DNA of 64,000 bases, from NCBI GenBank assembly GCA_950097015.1, contig CATNEN010000038.1, positions 20,956,001 to 21,020,000 of the forward strand, written 5' to 3'. The first letter of the stretch is position 1. Each line of letters opens with the position of its first letter. Source of the stretch: Macrostomum hystrix (lineage: Eukaryota; Animalia; Platyhelminthes). The notes beneath the pieces were generated by a model. The model saw only the letters and a list, made by a program, of their open reading frames with translations. It searched no databases and was not told the origin of the DNA. Both the position numbers and the translations under genes were made by a program. Below, piece after piece: positions 13,458 to 26,742 of the stretch.

Positions 13458-13889
13458 GATAGAACTGAGGGGAATAGAACTGAGGGGAATAGAACTCTTG
13501 GCAGCTCTAGACACTAGACAGAATATTAACAACTTCAACTGGTCTTAAGAAATTGGATTTTTCTTAGTTGAGATCAGAAAATTGGCTGGAAAACTGCGAA
13601 GCAACAAAGTTTAGTGAGAATTGTAGCTAGGCAAATTGTAGGATCAGTTGGGCCGAATCGGAATACTTTTCCGACTGTCGACTTTATGATTTCCTTTTAT
13701 AGGTAAAAAAGGTCACGAATACAGAAAAAAAGTTATAAAATTATGGAACTGAAATTTGGAAAAGGATTGAAAACATTGCTACTTTAGTCAGAGGGTCAGA
13801 AGCGATCATGGGCCATATTCTCTTATTTTGTTTTTTTGTCATTATTTCTATGTCGAATTCCTTCTTACATATTTTATCGTCTATTCTCT

Positions 13890-14830
13890 ACAGTTCTATT
13901 CTATTCTCCTCAGCTCTATTCCCCCCAGTCCTATCCCCCTCAGTTCTATTCCCCTCAGTTCTATTCCCCTCAGTTCTATTCCCCCGTTCTATTCCCCCCA
14001 GTCCTATTCCATTCAGCCCTATTCAACTCAGTTCTATTCCCCTCAGTTCTATTCCCCTCAGCCATATTCCCCTCAGTACTATTCCCCTCAGTTCTATTCC
14101 CCTCAGCCCTATTCCCCTCAGTTCTATTCCCCTCAGCCCTATTCCTCTCAGTTCTATTCCCCTCAGTTCTATTCCCCTCAGCCCTATTCCTCTCAGTTCT
14201 ATTCCCCTCAGTTCTATTCCCCTCAGCCCTATTCCCCTCAGTTCTATTCCCCTCAGCCCTATTCCTCTCAGTTCTATTCCCCCGTTCTATTCCCCCAGGT
14301 CTATTCCCCTCAGCCCTATTCCCCTCAGTTCTATTCCCCTCAGTTCCATTCCCCTCAGCCCTATTCCTCTCAGTTCTATTCCCCTCAGTTCTATTCCCCT
14401 CAGCCCTATTCCCCTCAGTTATATTCCCCTCAGCCCTATTCCCCTCAGTTCTATTCCCCCGTTCTATTCCCCCAGTTCTATTCCCCTCAGCCCTATTCCC
14501 CTCAGTTCTATTCCCCTCAGTTCTATTCCCCTCAGCCCTATTCCTCTCAGTTCTATTCCCCTCAGTTCTATTCCCCTCAGCCCTATTCCCCTCAGTTCTA
14601 TTCCCCTCAGCCCTATTCCCCTCAGTTCTATTCCCCTCAGCCATTTTCCCCTCAGATTTTTCCCCACTGTTCTATTCCCCACTATTCTATTTCCCACGGT
14701 TCTATTCGCCACTTTTCTATTCCCCACTGTTCAATTCCCCTCAGTTCTATTTCCCCCAGTCCCATTCCCCTCATTTCTATTACCATCAGTTCTATACCCC
14801 ACTGTTCTATTCCCCTCAGTTGTATTCCCC
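13890..14830. repeat. 15-bp minisatellite (CAGTTCTATTCCCCT)n, with inverted units at 13351-13497
   Basis: Tandem array; reverse-complement units (AGAACTGAGGGGAAT) lie ~400 bp upstream. Confidence 0.9.
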
Positions 14831-15360
14831 AAAAGCCTATAGTTTTATGGCAATTTTATCCATAGGAGTGTTTGCAATTTCTCAGTCCCGAACGCACCCA
14901 GGTGTGCCCGCATTTTAAACAAATTATTGCGCAACCAAAAAGAGCCTTGATGCAACACAAGCATCACCGCTTCGAATTGAACAATGGGCCCTTAAAACCC
15001 CGGGACAAAAGCTACCCATGCCACACAGAAACTGGTATTAAGGTAAAAGCTAAATACACACACGACAAATTTTAGACAAAAAAGAGAAAATTGGTGTTTC
15101 CTTTTGCATTTGTAGCAGTTAATTATAAACGGGCCCACGCAGGTAACATACAGATGGCTTACACCAGCCATTAGCAAATAAGGGTCCACAGAAACGGTGT
15201 GTCATTTTCGACTCTAAGCTTGATTTAGAATCATAAAAATGCTGCGCAACTCACGCGTAATCGAGAAGGGAGAATAAAGTCTATTTTTGGTTCCATTTTG
15301 ATCTAGCATCTGTATACAGAGGGAACAGAGCTTAAAACTCATGAGTTGTAAAAAATTCTA

Positions 15361-16053
15361 AGTGAGTAAGTGAATTAGTGATTGAGTAAGTGAGTTAGTG
15401 ATTGAATGAGTGAATTAGTGATTGAGTAAGTGAGTTAGTGATTGAATGAGTGAATTAGTGATTGAGTAAGTGAGTTAGTGATTGAATGAGTGAATTAGTG
15501 ATTGAGTAAGTGAGTTAGTGATTGAATGAGTGAATTAGTGATTGAGTAAGTGAGTTAGTGATTGAATGAGTGAATTAGTGATTGAGTGAGTGAGTGAGTG
15601 AGTGAGTGAGTGAGTGATTGAATGAGTGAATTAGTGATTGAGTAAGTGAGTGAGTGAGTAAGTGAGGGAGTGAGTGAGTGAATAAGTGAGGGGGTGAGTG
15701 AGTGAGTGAGTGAGGCAGTGAGTGAGGGAGTGAGTGAGTGAGTGAGTGAGTGAGGGAGTGAGTGAGTAAGTGAGTAAGTGAGTGAGTGAGTGAGTGAGGG
15801 AGTGAGTGAGTGAGTGAGGGAGTGAGTGAGGGAGTGAGTGAGTGAGTGACTGAATGAATGAGTGAGTGAGTGAGTGAGTGAGTGAGTGAGTGAGGGAGTG
15901 AGTGAGTGAGTGAGGGAGTGAGTGAGGGAGTGAGTGAGTGAGTGATTGAGTGAGTGAGTGAGTGAGTGAGTGAGTGAGTGAGTGAGTGAGTGAGTGAGTG
16001 AGTGAGTGAGTGAGTGAGTGAGTGAGTGAGTTGGTGAGTGACTGAATGAGTGA
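15361..16053. repeat. (GAGT)n microsatellite with a 40-bp higher-order left part
   Basis: Direct observation. Confidence 0.95.
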
Positions 16054-16795
16054 ATATTTTCTTGATATTATCAAGCACTAGGCTGTATCGTACAGTCCCT
16101 CAGTGTAGTATTGTTGGCTTGTTGCCAAGACAACCAATAACAATAATGGAGCAGCGTAAACTGAAAGACGCAAAATGACCATTCAGCTTCAAGCATGGCA
16201 ACTGGGCTAAGACTGATCTCTGATGACGACCACTTGAAGACTAGTGGCTAGTTTTCGGTTGCTATGGTCAGTTCTTTCACATTAGCGAAAATCAAATGAC
16301 GGAATCAGTTCAACTTTGGGAGCTGTAATTACGAGGCGCAAATTTCTCTTCAATGATAATTAGCAGAGCACTTTTTCTCTTTATTGTCATCGTCATATCA
16401 CCTTTCCTGTTCGTGCATTGGTGAATAAATGCTTCATGCCTAGTCTCTCACCTGTCTTCATCAACTTCTTATCTTAGTCTTCTCTCTTCTGTCATCTCAT
16501 TCTCCTCTCTTACCAGACTTCAGTCTCGCCCCAAATCTTATCATAGTCTCTCTTTAATCACATCTCACAGCCTCACCAAATCTTTGAGATATACAACATA
16601 GACATAGTTTTAATGGTCATAAAATTCCACGATCCTATCATGATGGCTATTATTATTAATTATTTTATTATGGAACCAATATGGATTCGCAATAGAAGTT
16701 CATACAGCGCAATGACAGTTGTCCTTGTAACCAGGACGATGCCGACGTCGGACGGCTTTGAAAGTTAATTCATCGTAAATGAACGAGCGGAAAGA

Positions 16796-17641
16796 CACTC
16801 ACTCAGTCACTCACTCACTCACTCACTCCCTCACTCACTCATTCACTCACTCACTCACTCCCTCACTCACTCACTCACTCCCTCACTCACTCACTCCCTC
16901 ACTCACTCACTCACTTACTCACTCACTCACTCACTCACTCACTCCTTAACTCTTTAACTCACTCACTCGTTCACTCAGCACTTACTCGCTCACTCCCTCA
17001 CTCACTCACTCACTCACTCACTCACTCACTCACTCACTCACTCCCTCACTCACTCCCTCACTCCCTCACTCACTCATTCACTCACTCACTCACTCCCTCA
17101 CTCACTCACTCACTCCCTCACTCACTCCCTCACTCCGTCACTCACTCATTCACTCACTCACTCACTCCCTCACTCACTCCCTCACTCCCTCACTCACTCA
17201 TTCACTCACTCACTCACTCCCTCACTCACTCATTCACTCACTCACTCGTTCACTCAGCACTCACTCGCTCACTCACTCACTCACTCACTCACTCCCTCAC
17301 TCACTCCCTCACTCCCTCACTCACTCATTCACTCACTCACTCACTCACTCACTTACTCACTCACTCACTCACTCACTCACTCACTCACTCACTCACTCAC
17401 TCACTCACTCACTCACTCACTCACTCCCTCACTCACTCACTCACTCACTCACTCACTCACTCACTCACTCACTCACTCACTCACTCACTCCCTCACTCAC
17501 TCATTCACTCACTCACTCACTTACTCACTCACTCACTCACTCACTTACTTACTCACTCACTCACTCACTCACTTACTTACTCACTCACTCACTCACTCAC
17601 TCACTCACTCACTCACTCACTCACTCACTCACTTACTTACC
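16796..17641. repeat. (ACTC)n microsatellite, reverse complement of the 15361-16053 array
   Basis: Direct observation. Confidence 0.95.
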
Positions 17642-18377
17642 TAATCACGCACAAACTAATTCGTTAATTCCCTTTGAAAATCAAAAGCAAAAATGGAGTG
17701 AAAAGCACATGGCAATTATTATCAAAGGCAGGTAGGTTTCTACATCCAAGTGTGCGTTGCGGTTTATTAAAAATAAGACATATTTAGCATAGAATGTACT
17801 CAACCCTTGGCTGTGTTTTTCTCACTGGTGCTGCTCTTGTATCTAGGGTAACAAAGCAGACACTTTTTAAGTAACTTCTGGCTGCTTATAAAAAATTTGA
17901 CGTCGGTTTGCGCATGAAAGCAGAAAAACGACTGAAAAAAAATTGGAAAAAAATTGGAAAAGAAACTCCGCAGTTTTATGGCACAGACAAAAATTGTGGA
18001 TCGATAGTTGGGATGTGAGTAGTAGAGTGCGCGACTTTTTCACTTCCTTTTTTTCTCACATTTTACCCAGAAGAAATAGTGGATTTTGTTAGAAAAATGC
18101 ACTAATAAGAGCAAGCAGTACAGAATGGCAACTTCGCTGTGTTGTTTTTGTTGACAAGACAGTGCGTCTACAAATGGTTTATAAAAGACCTTGTGTTATA
18201 ATGAATACGCCTGTACGATAGAGCGAAAAATAGAACATGCTCTCAGTATAGAAAAACAGTGGCTTTGCGTCTTGTTCTTCACAAGATTTTGCTTGAAGTA
18301 AGCCGAAAATGCTCAGGAGAAATTAAGAATTGTTGTTGACTGCTTTAGCGTAAAACTTCTGTTGCCGCGCGTCGATT

Positions 18378-19945
18378 TCAAATCTCGTGCACAAAAGAGG
18401 GTCCAGACTGGGCTGCAGTTTGGTTGTGCTGCTGCAGCTGCTGCTGCTGCTGCGTCAGAGGCGGCTGCGTCTGCGGCTGTTGAGTCTGCTTGCCACTTTC
18501 TCGCCGGTCAAAGTCACCAGCAGCAGCTTGACTTAACCAATTAGCGTAGGCCGCATCTTCCTGGCTCAGCAGACTCTGCGGCTGCTGCTGCATTTGATGA
18601 GGATTGTGCTGCTGATGCAGCTGAGACGGTGAATGGCTGCCATTGTTCCAACTGGTGATCGATTGAATATAGGTTGGCGGTGGCGGTGGCGGTGGTGGCG
18701 GTGGAGGTGGCGCCAGAGACGGCCAAGCAACCAGGGTCTGGTGCAGCCAGGGCGGAGGCTGCTGCGGCTGCTGCTGATGAGCCCAAGGCGCAGCGGCGCA
18801 GAAGCTGCCGTCAATGAGCTGCTGCTGCTGGACCTGCTGTTGCTGATGTCCAGGATAATAAGCCAAAGTGCAGACGCCGCCGCCGCTCGTGTCGCAGGGC
18901 ATCGCAGCCGCTGATGGCCACGCGGTGGCCGGATAGGCAATGTGGGCCGGCATCTGGGACTGCAGCGGCTGCAACGGCTGAGCTAGAGCCTGATGCTGCT
19001 GCTGGGGATGCAACAGGTGATGAAGCATTGGCGCTGGCTGTAGAGTTGGCAGCTGCAACTGGTGCGGCTGCTGCATCAGCTGATACGGCTGGGCGGGGTA
19101 TTGGTACTGCTGCAGTTGCTGCTGCTGCTGCTGGTGATACTGAGAAGCCGCAGCCGCCGCCACCGCTGCAGCCGCGGCAGACGCTTGAGTCTTAGCCGAA
19201 TTGTCAAAATTTGGCGGCTTCATGGCTTTGACTTCAACTAGCCGGCCGCAGATGTCCACGTAGTGCAGCTGCACCAGCCGGGCAACGACGCGTTCGTCAT
19301 CGAATGCGACAAAGGCGAAGCCGCGATGCCGCTGCTTGGTCTGGTCCAGCATCAGATTGACGTCCGTGACGCGTCCGAAATGCGAGAAGCAGGCGCGAAC
19401 CTAGCGGTGCAAGAAAGTTAAAAAAAATTCGTAAGAAATTCAGCATAGCGACATGACGGATGTGAAAGTGGCAGCATACTCACAGTTCCCACATCGTGCT
19501 CCGGAGCGATTCCGCCTACGAAAATCTTTAAACTTCTACTGCTCTTGCCTTTGACATTGATATTGCTCTGCTTAACGTCGACAGCTTTGCCGTCGATCAC
19601 GTGATCATTGGTCTCCAGCACCGCGTCAACCACGGCTGGGTCGCGAAATTTGACAAAACCGAAACCACGCGACCTGCCAGTCTGGCTGTCCATCATCACC
19701 ACGGCGTCCTCGACCTGGCCGTACATGCCGAAATGGCAGCGAAGACTGCTCTCATTGGTCAGCTGACTCAGGCCTCCAATGAACAGCTTGCCAAACTCGT
19801 TGCCGGAATTGTCAGTGGCTCCGGGAACCGGCAGGCAGGAGTGCAGCTGCTGCTGACTACTCGAAGCGTCCTTTATGCCGCCGCTGCCTTCGCCGCCGCT
19901 GCCGCAGCTGCCGCAGTCATCAACGTTGCAATCGTTAGTCAGCAT
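18378..19945 (-). CDS. DAZAP1: Two-RRM RNA-binding protein, DAZAP1/Hrp48 (Hrb27C)/Musashi-like, with Q/P-rich tail; exons 19945-19484 and 19400-18378 (~494 aa)
   Basis: RRM1 GKLFIGGL...GRSRGFGFVKF; RRM2 KIFVGGI...QRHRGFAFVAF...HYVDICGRLVEVK; 83-nt GT-AG phase-0 intron 19401-19483. Orthology within the hnRNP A/B-Musashi group is not proven. Confidence 0.8.
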
Positions 19946-20555
19946 TAAGGCTTGCGTTTGTAGCTCGCGCTGCTTCACTAAGTTTGTCTGCGCTCTTTCT
20001 AACCCTAGTCGGTCAGTTAAAGGCTAAGCTAATCCGATGACACCAACTCGTAGAAGTCTTTCAATTCCTGTCTTGATAACCTTGCGTTATCAAAAATTCA
20101 CTGCGGCTTTAGGGCAGAATTTCTATCGGCCAAATAGCTGCAGCTAAGGCTAGGATCAGAGCTAAGGAATGCCGCTGTCAGCCGCGTTCGCTTCTGACCG
20201 CGGGGTCAATACAGAAAAGCCGTAGGCTGGTTTTAGCCATAGAATATTTCTCAATTTTTCTCTCTGAGGGCTTTGCTATGCTTCGCAGGAAAGACAGCAC
20301 AGATATTAAATATTAAAGTGGGGTCAATAGTAGTACACGGTACACAACCTACTTGGGATCAGATAGATCCCCGAGGCCGATAGCTTGAAAACAGACTTAA
20401 CAGTGTTATTTTCAAACTTTCAAGTTTCAATAGTCATTGCTGAGAGCAATGGTCCATCAGCAATCGTTTATATTTATATAAGTATGCATATGATGGTTGA
20501 ATATACAGTACTGTTACTTACCGACACTTAAGAACATCAGCACTTAAGTGTTACA

Positions 20556-20766
20556 GGCACTTAGTACACATGCACTGTAGTACACAGGCACTATAGTACA
20601 CATGCACTGTAGTACACATACACTGTAGTACACAAGCACTGTAGTACACAGGCACTGTAGTACACAGGCACTATAGTACACATGCACTGTAGTACACAAG
20701 CACTGTAGTACACATGCACTGTAGTACACAGGCACTATAGTACACATGCACTGTAGTAGACAGGCA
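20556..20766. repeat. 16-bp minisatellite (GCACTGTAGTACACAG)n
   Basis: Tandem repeat. Confidence 0.9.
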
Positions 20767-21031
20767 ATTTAGAACACACGAATATTAGTTAAGAAAAGGA
20801 GAGCACGAAAATTGCTTGCAGGAAAATTGCTTGCCAAAAACTTCTTGCAGTGCAAGATTGCAGTGCAACATGATGACAGCCACAAGCCACAAGTTTTTAA
20901 ACTCATAAAAAATTGAAGGAAGAATACGATTATCATAAGCTGCTTATGCAGCGCGCCAACGCCACCGGTGAAGATAAATGTATGAAATAAAAACTGGACT
21001 GGAAAATTATTGTGAATTCGATAAAGACACC

Positions 21032-22387
21032 AAGCAAGCAATTTTCCTGCAAGCAATCCTCGGCAAGCAATCCTCGGCAAGCTATCCACGGCAAGCAATC
21101 CTCGGCAAGCAATCCTCGGCAAGCAATCCTCGACAAGATATCCTCGGCAAGCAATCCTCGGCAAGCTATCCACGGCAAGCAATCCTCGACAAGATATTCT
21201 CGGCAAGCAATCCTCGGTAAGCTATCCACGGCAAGCAATCCTCGACAAGCTATCCACAGCAAGCAATCCTCGGCAAGCAATCCTCGGCAAGCTATCTACG
21301 GCAAGCAATCCTCGACAAGCTATCCACGGCAAGCAATCCTCGACAAGCTATCCACGGCAAGCAATCCTCGACAAGCAGTCCTCGGCAAGCAATCCTCGGC
21401 AAGCAGTCCTCGGCAAGCAATCCTCGGCAAGCAGTCCTCGGCAAGCCATCCACGGCAAGCAATCCTCGGCAAGCTATCCACGGCAAGCAATCCTCGACAA
21501 GATATCCACGGCAAGCAATCCTCGGCAAGCAATCCTCGACAAGATATCCTCGGCAAGCAATCCTCGACAAGATATCCTCGGCAAGTAATCCTCGGCAAGC
21601 AATCCTCGGCAAGCTATCCACGGCAAGCAATCCTCGACAAGATATTCTCGGCAAGCAATCCTCGGTAAGCTATCCACGGCAAGCAATCCTCGACAAGCTA
21701 TCCACGGCAAGCAATCCTCGACAAGATATCCTCGGCAAGTAATCCTCGGCAAGCAATCCTCGGCAAGCAATCCTCGGCAAGCAATCCTCGACAAGATATC
21801 CTCGGCAAGCAATCCTCGGCAAGCTATCCACGGCAAGCAATCCTCGACAAGATATTCTCGGCAAGCAATCCTCGGTAAGCTATCCACGGCAAGCAATCCT
21901 CGACAAGCTATCCACGGCAAGCAATCCTCGACAAGATATCCTCGGCAAGCAATCCTCGGCAAGCTATCTACGGCAAGCAATCCTCGACAAGCTATCCACG
22001 GCAAGCAATCCTCGACAAGCTATCCACGGCAAGCAATCCTCGACAAGATATCCACGGCAAGCAATCCTCGGCAAGCAATCCTCGACAAGATATCCTCGGC
22101 AAGCAATCCTCGACAAGATATCCTCGGCAAGTAATCCTCGGCAAGCAATCCTCGACAAGATATCCTCGGCAAGCAATCCACGGCAAGCAATCCTCGACAA
22201 GATATCCACGGCAAGCAATCCTCGGCAAGCAATCCTCGACAAGATATCCTCGGCAAGCAATCCTCGACAAGATATCCTCGGCAAGTAATCCTCGGCAAGC
22301 AATCCTCGACAAGATATCCTCGGCAAGCAATCCTCGGCAAGCTATCCACGGCAAGCAATCCTCGACAAGCAATCCTCGGCAAGCAAA
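21032..22387. repeat. 14-bp minisatellite (GCAAGCAATCCTCG)n
   Basis: Tandem repeat; two inverted related units at ~20808-20835. Confidence 0.95.
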
Positions 22388-22972
22388 TTTTGCTGACCCA
22401 AACAATAAAGAGGTGAGACAATTTTTTTTAGAGTTTTTCTTCAGTCGTTTTTTCCAGCAAGCAAATTGCAGACAGACACGGTATCAGTTGCTTTTTAGGG
22501 AATTTATATTTAAGCAAATTCGTCACTCACTTGACAACAACAAATGAGTATACATCAGAATGATTTGTGGAAAAGCTAAAACACACCAAAGACACAACAC
22601 GGAGTTCCATTATTATAATTTAAACTTCCAAAATTAACATCAAGCGAAAAAAGCAAAGTACAGTACAGGGACCAGAATCCAGAATATAGATTATATCCTG
22701 CCAAATCTTATAAATGTATCTTTATATCCGATCGCGTTTTTCGCAGAAGTTTAAATCTTTTTCGAATTCTCACAGCTCTTAGATCAGATTAGAGTTTCAA
22801 CAATAAAGCGTTGCTTTTTTAAGATCTTTTAATAACATGTCAACAAGGACAAGAGACTAAAATCACAATTTTCTTATTAGAGAGTTTAACTACCCGACTG
22901 AAAAAACGCATCAAAGCTACTAACAGTAGAAACAAAGGACAGGAATTCTATTTTTAGCTGGTTTATTATAAT

Positions 22973-23458
22973 TCATCGATTCTTCTTTTGCTTCTTTTTC
23001 TCCTGCGACTGACCACCGCCGCCGCTGGTGCCGCCGCCGCCGCCACCACCACCACCAGAGGCGCCGCCGCCGGAAGCACCACCGCCGGAAGCACCCTGGC
23101 GGGTCTTCAGTTTCGGTATCTGGGCGGCGGCGTGCAAGAATATGGCCATCCGATTTGGAAACGTGTCTGGATGCCGCAGGCTGCCGTCGTCATTGCGCAG
23201 TTGAATGCGAATCCGGCCGCGCAGATTCTTGTCGTAGATGTCCCGCTCGCGCGGGTGAATCTTATTTTCAACGCCGAGAGTCAGGCCGGCGGCGGCGCAC
23301 ACGTCGCGAATTTCTTCCGCCTTCGGATTGTCTATGGCCAAATTGGCTGGCACCTTGCGGCCGCGAGCTCGCGACCAGGTCTTGTTAATGTAGCCGGGAT
23401 AGAAACAGATCCATTTCTCCCTGTCCGAGTGGGAGAACTCGGGACTGAAGGGCCGAGC
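22973..23458 (-). CDS. SRP19: Signal recognition particle 19 kDa protein; single coding exon lacking an in-exon ATG
   Basis: ARPFSPEFSHSDREKWICFYPGYINKTWSRARGRKVP...DNPKAEEIRDVC...ENKIHPRE...RGRIRIQL...IPKLKTR followed by a Gly/Lys-rich tail. The exon begins at acceptor TTGATCCCCAG|23458. Confidence 0.95.
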   Translation of the reverse strand, partial: ARPFSPEFSHSDREKWICFYPGYINKTWSRARGRKVPANLAIDNPKAEEIRDVCAAAGLTLGVENKIHPRERDIYDKNLRGRIRIQLRNDDGSLRHPDTFPNRMAIFLHAAAQIPKLKTRQGASGGGASGGGASGGGGGGGGGTSGGGGQSQEKKKQKKNR

Positions 23459-23659
23459 CTGGGGATCAATTAAGAAAATACGGGATTATTTTGCTGTTAT
23501 AGATATTTGACACCTAGCTAATTACTATTATAATCAGTATCTTCTCTCCACCGTATCATCTCTTCTCATCTCTTCTTTCGCTCAATATTCAATATGCCAA
23601 TCAATTCCGTGTTTCATCGCTCACTATCACATGTCACCTCATCCCTGTGTCTAATTTAT

Positions 23660-26110
23660 CTCTTGTCTAATATCCAGCCGTTTCTTATCTCTACCTTGTC
23701 AAAATTTCAGCCCTGTCTTATCTCTACCTTTTCTAAACTTCACCCGTGTCTTATCTTTACCTTTTCTAAACTTCACCCATGTCTTATCTCTACCTTTTCT
23801 AAACTTCACCAGTGTCTTATGTCTACCTTTTCTAAACTTCAACCGTGTCTTATCTCTACCTTTTCTAAACTTCACCCGTGTCTTATCTCTACCTTTTCAA
23901 AACTTCACCCGTGTCTTATGTCTACCTTTTCTAAACTTCACCCGTGTCTTATCTCTACCTTTTCTAAACTTCAACCGTGTCTTATCTCTACCTTTTCTAA
24001 ACTTCACCCGTGTCTTATCTCTACCTTTTCAAAACTTCACCCGTGTCTTATCTCTACCTTTTCTAAACTTCACCCGTGTCTTATCTCTACCTTGTCTAAT
24101 ATCCAGCCGTGTCTTATCTCTACCTTTTCTAAACTTCACCCGTGTCTTATGTCTACCTTTTCTAAACTTCACCCGTGTCTTATGTCTACCTTTTCTAAAC
24201 TTCACCCGTGTCTTATCTCTACCTTTTCTAAACTTCACCCGTGTCTTATCTCTACCTTGTCTAATATCCAGCCGTGTCTTATCTCTACCTTTTCTAAACT
24301 TCACCCGTGTCTTATGTCTACCTTTTCTAAACTTCACCCGTGTCTTATGTCTTCTACCTTTTCTAAACTTCACCCGTGTCTTATCTCTACCTTTTCTAAA
24401 CTTCACCCGTGTCTTATCTCTACCTTGTCTAATATCCAGCCGTGTCTTATGTCTTCTACCTTTTCTAAACTTCACCCGTGTCTTATCTTTACCTTTTCTA
24501 AACTTCACCCATGTCTTATCTCTACCTTTTCTAAACTTCACCAGTGTCTTATGTCTACCTTTTCTAAACTTCAACCGTGTCTTATCTCTACCTTTTCTAA
24601 ACTTCACCCGTGTCTTATCTCTACCTTGTCTAATATCCAGCCGTGTCTTATCTCTACCTTTTCTAAACTTCACCCGTGTCTTATCTTTACCTTTTCTAAA
24701 CTTCACCCATGTCTTATCTCTACCTTTTCTAAACTTCACCAGTGTCTTATGTCTACCTTTTCTAAACTTCAACCGTGTCTTATCTCTACCTTTTCTAAAC
24801 TTCACCCGTGTCTTATCTCTACCTTTTCAAAACTTCACCCGTGTCTTATGTCTACCTTTTCTAAACTTCACCCGTGTCTTATCTCTACCTTTTCTAAACT
24901 TCAACCGTGTCTTATCTCTACCTTTTCTAAACTTCACCCGTGTCTTATCTCTACCTTTTCAAAACTTCACCCGTGTCTTATCTCTACCTTTTCTAAACTT
25001 CACCCGTGTCTTATCTCTACCTTGTCTAATATCCAGCCGTGTCTTATCTCTACCTTTTCTAAACTTCACCCGTGTCTTATGTCTACCTTTTCTAAACTTC
25101 ACCCGTGTCTTATCTCTACCTTGTCTAATATCTAGCCGTGTCTTATCTCTACCTTTTCTAAACTTCACCCGCCCGTGTCTTATCTCTACGTTTTCTAAAC
25201 TTCACCCGTGTCTTATCTCTACCTTTTCTAAACTTCACCCGTGTCTTATCTCTACCTTTTCTAAACTTCAGCCGTGTCTTATCTCTATCTTTTCTAAACT
25301 TCACCCGTGTCTTATCTCTATCTTTTCTAAACTTCACCCGTGTCTTATGTCTACCTTGTCTAATATCCAGCCCTGTCTTATCTCTACCTTTTCTAAACTT
25401 CACCCGTGTCTTATGTCTACCTTTTCTAAACTTCACCCGTGTCTTATCTCTACCTTTTCTAAACTTCACCCGTGTCTTATCTCTACCTTTTCTAAATTTC
25501 ACCCGTGTCTTATCTCTACCTTTTCTAAACTTCACCTGTGTCTTATGTCTACCTTTTCTAAACTTCACCCGTGTCTTATGTCTTCTACCTTTTCTAAACT
25601 TCACCCGTGTCTTATGTCTACCTTTTCTAAACTTCACCCGTGTCTTATCTCTACCTTTTCTAAACTTCACCCGTGTCTTATCTCTACCTTTTCTAAATTT
25701 CACCCGTGTCTTATCTCTACCTTTTCTAAACTTCACCTGTGTCTTATGTCTACCTTTTCTAAACTTCACCCGTGTCTTATGTCTTCTACCTTTTCTAAAC
25801 TTCACCCGTGTCTTATGTCTACCTTTTCTAAACTTCACCCGTGTCTTATCTCTACCTTTTCTAAACTTCACCCGTGTCTTATCTCTACCTTTTCTAAACT
25901 TCACCCGTGTCTTATCTCTACCTTTTCTAAACTTCACCCGTGTCTTATGTCTACCTTTTCTAAATTTCACCCGTGTCTTATGTCTTCTACCTTTTCTAAA
26001 CTTCACCCGTGTCTTATCTCTACCTTTTCTAAATTTCACCCGTGTCTTATGTCTACTTTTTCTAAACTTCACCCGTGTCTTATCTCTACCTTTTCAAACT
26101 TTCACCTGTG
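23660..26110. repeat. 33-bp minisatellite (CTTTTCTAAACTTCACCCGTGTCTTATCTCTAC)n
   Basis: Tandem array of ~70 units with recurring variant blocks. Confidence 0.95.
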
Positions 26111-26742
26111 TTCAATATTAAAAAAAATACTTTGGAAAGATATAAATTGAACCGTCAGTGAGATAAGATTAATAGAGAAGGAAGTAAATCCTATTTTCGA
26201 AATCATTCCGAAATCAAATAAATATATTTATATAAAAATTGAGTGTAGAAAATAAATAAACAGAAAGCATCAACAATTAAAATCTGTTATTCAAAAACAA
26301 ACAGGACCAAACATGAAATACTTGATCAGGATAAATGTACAGAGATAACAATGGAAAAACACAAATACCCGCGTGAGATTCAAAGCATATAAAAAACTGG
26401 AATAAAAGTGCTGATATCAGTAAAAAAAGTTTGTACATAGCAAGTGTTTATTCTGGAATCCAATACAAATTACAATTGCACGCGAAAATGAATCAGATGA
26501 ACATAAATAACTAAACCACCAGCACATGATTGGTGCAATAAGATAAACAAAAAAGTAGTCAATACATACTACTGTTAAAAGTGAAGTCAACAAGTAGTGC
26601 AAGGCGATAAATAAGTGAAGTACGGTCGAACAACGGAAAACATTAATAAGTCGCATTGTTGATTATACAACTTAAGTTGACAATTTTAACTTCTGTAGCA
26701 AATTCAACAAAAAGTAGAGCAGAGTCAGACAGAGAGATACAG

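Noticed and set aside
13808-14918. YSPQF repeat ORFs resembling the RNA Pol II CTD or extensins
   Set aside because: 15-bp repeat open in all three frames; no adjoining Rpb1 sequence
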